In this document: piece after piece, positions 24,067 through 25,952 of the stretch
How positions within the stretch are numbered: the stretch's first letter is position 1
Layout of the letters: each line of letters opens with the position of its first letter
Source of the DNA: Candidatus Aenigmatarchaeota archaeon
GTDB taxonomy: Archaea > Aenigmatarchaeota > Aenigmatarchaeia > QMZP01
Direction of reading: 5' to 3'
Length of the DNA stretch: 25,952 nucleotides
NCBI GenBank assembly: GCA_039091855.1
Contig: JAWCLA010000005.1
Location: 3,361-29,312, forward strand
Program-made: the position numbers and the translations under genes
The notes under the pieces: generated by a model
Told to the model about the DNA's origin: nothing
Databases searched by the model: none
The model's input: only the letters and a program-made list of their open reading frames with translations

Positions 24067-25794
24067 CTATTTCTTCTGCTGCCCATAAAGTGTTTTTATC
24101 CTTTCTAAGGAATCTGCCTGCTCAGGGCCCTTGTCAAACCTTATCCTGACCACACGAGGAAACCTTAACGCGTATCCTGAATCATAATTCGGGCTTCTCT
24201 GTATCTCCTCGTAAGCGACTTCAACGACAATCTTAGGCTTTATCTTTATCGAGCTTCCCTTCTCGCTCTCTATGTATGGCTTCAGCAGCTTTGTTAACTG
24301 ATGGAATGTTATTCCCTCTCCACGCTTTGCCGATTCCTCGTCGCTTTCCTTTTCCTTTACCCCTGTTCCTATCATACCGCATTCAAGGAATCTTCCTGTC
24401 CTCTCGTCCCTGCAGCCGAGAACGAATGAGCCCATCCAGCCGGCTCTCTTTCCCGTTCCCCACTGGGCGCCAACTATAGCCAAGTCAAGGTTTTCCATTG
24501 TAGGCTTTACCTTAAGCCACCCTCCCGCAACCCTCCTTCCAGGCTGATAGAAAGCATCAAGGTTTTTTACCATCACTCCCTCCTGGTCAGACGCAAGGGC
24601 TTTCTTGTAGAAAGACTCTGCCTTCCTTTCGTCCTTTGTTATTAACTGCTCTGCCAGCTGGAATTTTCCCGGAAGTTCCTTCACGACTGACTCCAAAACT
24701 TTCCTGCGCTCCCTGAAAGGTGTATTGAAAAATGTCTTTCCGTTTAAGTAAATCACGTCGAAAAGGTTCACCTGTATCGGAATCTGTCTCACCATCTCCT
24801 GTATATCATACTTCCTGTGAATTCTCTGTGAAAGCGTCTGGAAAGGCATAGGCCTGCTCGTTTTTGTGTCAACAGCGAGAATCTCCCCCTCTATTATGAA
24901 CTCGTTTCCCTTTACCTGTTTTTTAACCATATCAACAAGGTCAGGAAACTGCCTTGTTATGTTCTCGAGCCTGCGGGTGTAAAGCCACACCTTCTCTCCC
25001 TTTTTGTGTATCTGAACGCGTGCCCCGTCATACTTGACCTCTATCGCGCAGTTTTCAAAGCTATCTATTGCGTCCTTTAGAGAAGGCGACTTTTCGGCAA
25101 GAAGAACCTGTATCGGCTTGCCAATTTCTATACTGACTTTTTTGAGGCCCTGAATGCCCTTCTCCTTTGCTATTCTCGCAACCTCACCGAAATCTCCTGT
25201 TAGGAACCAAGCCCACTCTATAGAATTAATTGCATCCTTTCTTTCGTCTTCCTTGAAGAAGGCATAGGCTATCGCATCCCTAACTATGCCTTCGGCAACA
25301 CCAACCCTCAGTTCCCCGAGAATGGTCCTAACTATGTATTTTGCCTCCTTTGCTTCGGCAGAGCCTATTATCTCGGAAATCAATTGGAACTTCTTCTCCT
25401 GAGCCCCCTTTCCCTCCACCTCTGCTATCTTCCTCAGGTTTTCAAAAACCTTTTCAACAGTGAGTTTTTTCCTAAAAAGAGTTGCCTGTTTCTTGTTTCT
25501 TATAAGCTCCTCTACAACAATTCCCAAATCCCCTGTTTTCTTGAACCTTTCCTCAACCTTATCTACAGGGAATCCCGTGGCGTGTGAGATGGTTTTTATC
25601 ATCAGCTGGTTTGCAATCCCGAGTTCCTTCTCGCTCCATTCAGGAAAAACCCTTCCCTGCAAGAGCATTACGACCATTCCTGTTTCCTCTGGCTTTGCCT
25701 CCTTGAGAAGTTCTGCTATTATCTCTGTCTTCTTTAGCTTCGCGGAAACCTTTTCAAGTTCCTCATAAGTATCGGCAAGCCTTGAATAGTTCAT
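24067..25794 (-). CDS. lig: ATP-dependent DNA ligase (archaeal)
   Basis: EVKYDGARVQIH (active Lys), EGEI, FDVIY, EGVMVK, YQPGRR, WLKVK, ALRFPR. Confidence 0.97.
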   Translation of the reverse strand: MNYSRLADTYEELEKVSAKLKKTEIIAELLKEAKPEETGMVVMLLQGRVFPEWSEKELGIANQLMIKTISHATGFPVDKVEERFKKTGDLGIVVEELIRNKKQATLFRKKLTVEKVFENLRKIAEVEGKGAQEKKFQLISEIIGSAEAKEAKYIVRTILGELRVGVAEGIVRDAIAYAFFKEDERKDAINSIEWAWFLTGDFGEVARIAKEKGIQGLKKVSIEIGKPIQVLLAEKSPSLKDAIDSFENCAIEVKYDGARVQIHKKGEKVWLYTRRLENITRQFPDLVDMVKKQVKGNEFIIEGEILAVDTKTSRPMPFQTLSQRIHRKYDIQEMVRQIPIQVNLFDVIYLNGKTFFNTPFRERRKVLESVVKELPGKFQLAEQLITKDERKAESFYKKALASDQEGVMVKNLDAFYQPGRRVAGGWLKVKPTMENLDLAIVGAQWGTGKRAGWMGSFVLGCRDERTGRFLECGMIGTGVKEKESDEESAKRGEGITFHQLTKLLKPYIESEKGSSIKIKPKIVVEVAYEEIQRSPNYDSGYALRFPRVVRIRFDKGPEQADSLERIKTLYGQQKK

Positions 25795-25877
25795 ATTTTA
25801 TTTTTGCTTTTTGGGATTTAAATCGCCCTTTCAGAAATAAAAACCTCTCCAAACAAATTATTAGTGTGTAGTGGGAT

Positions 25878-25952
25878 ATGGCCAAAAGTAAAATGAAAAG
25901 AAAAGCGCGAAAGGGTCAAAGAAAGAGGCGCATTGAAAAATGCCTTAGCGCG
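25878..25952 (+). CDS. Possible start of a basic protein, truncated by window edge
   Basis: ATG 25878 MAKSKMKRKARKGQRKRRIEKCLSA is open to the end and divergent from lig. Confidence 0.35.
   Translation, partial: MAKSKMKRKARKGQRKRRIEKCLSA

Overview
Archaeal chromosomal window with GGAGGTGA-type RBSs, TATA boxes, rpl15e, TrmB and an ATP-dependent DNA ligase. Gene style is consistent with a DPANN-like lineage (inference). The left third is a minus-strand anaerobic radical/Fe-S cluster: PflX-like radical SAM, class III ribonucleotide reductase, nrdG, ferredoxin, iscS, DUF1858 and iscU. Four things stand out. (1) The class III RNR is a single ORF in which a complete NrdR repressor is fused to NrdD, and its promoter carries helically phased NrdR-box-like palindromes. 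(2) An unrecognised structured element with a covarying hairpin ends exactly 3 nt before the ATG of both nrdR-nrdD (two tandem copies) and an unrelated membrane-protein gene 12 kb away. (3) iscU, which the ORF track missed, carries a LAGLIDADG intein at its second Fe-S ligand Cys. (4) NrdD carries two more inteins, one with an inserted zinc ribbon. The rest of the window holds MetRS, a decayed Cys-rich pseudogene, a glycosylation cluster, a type IV pilus/secretion ATPase, coiled-coil and membrane proteins, porB, TrmB and lig.
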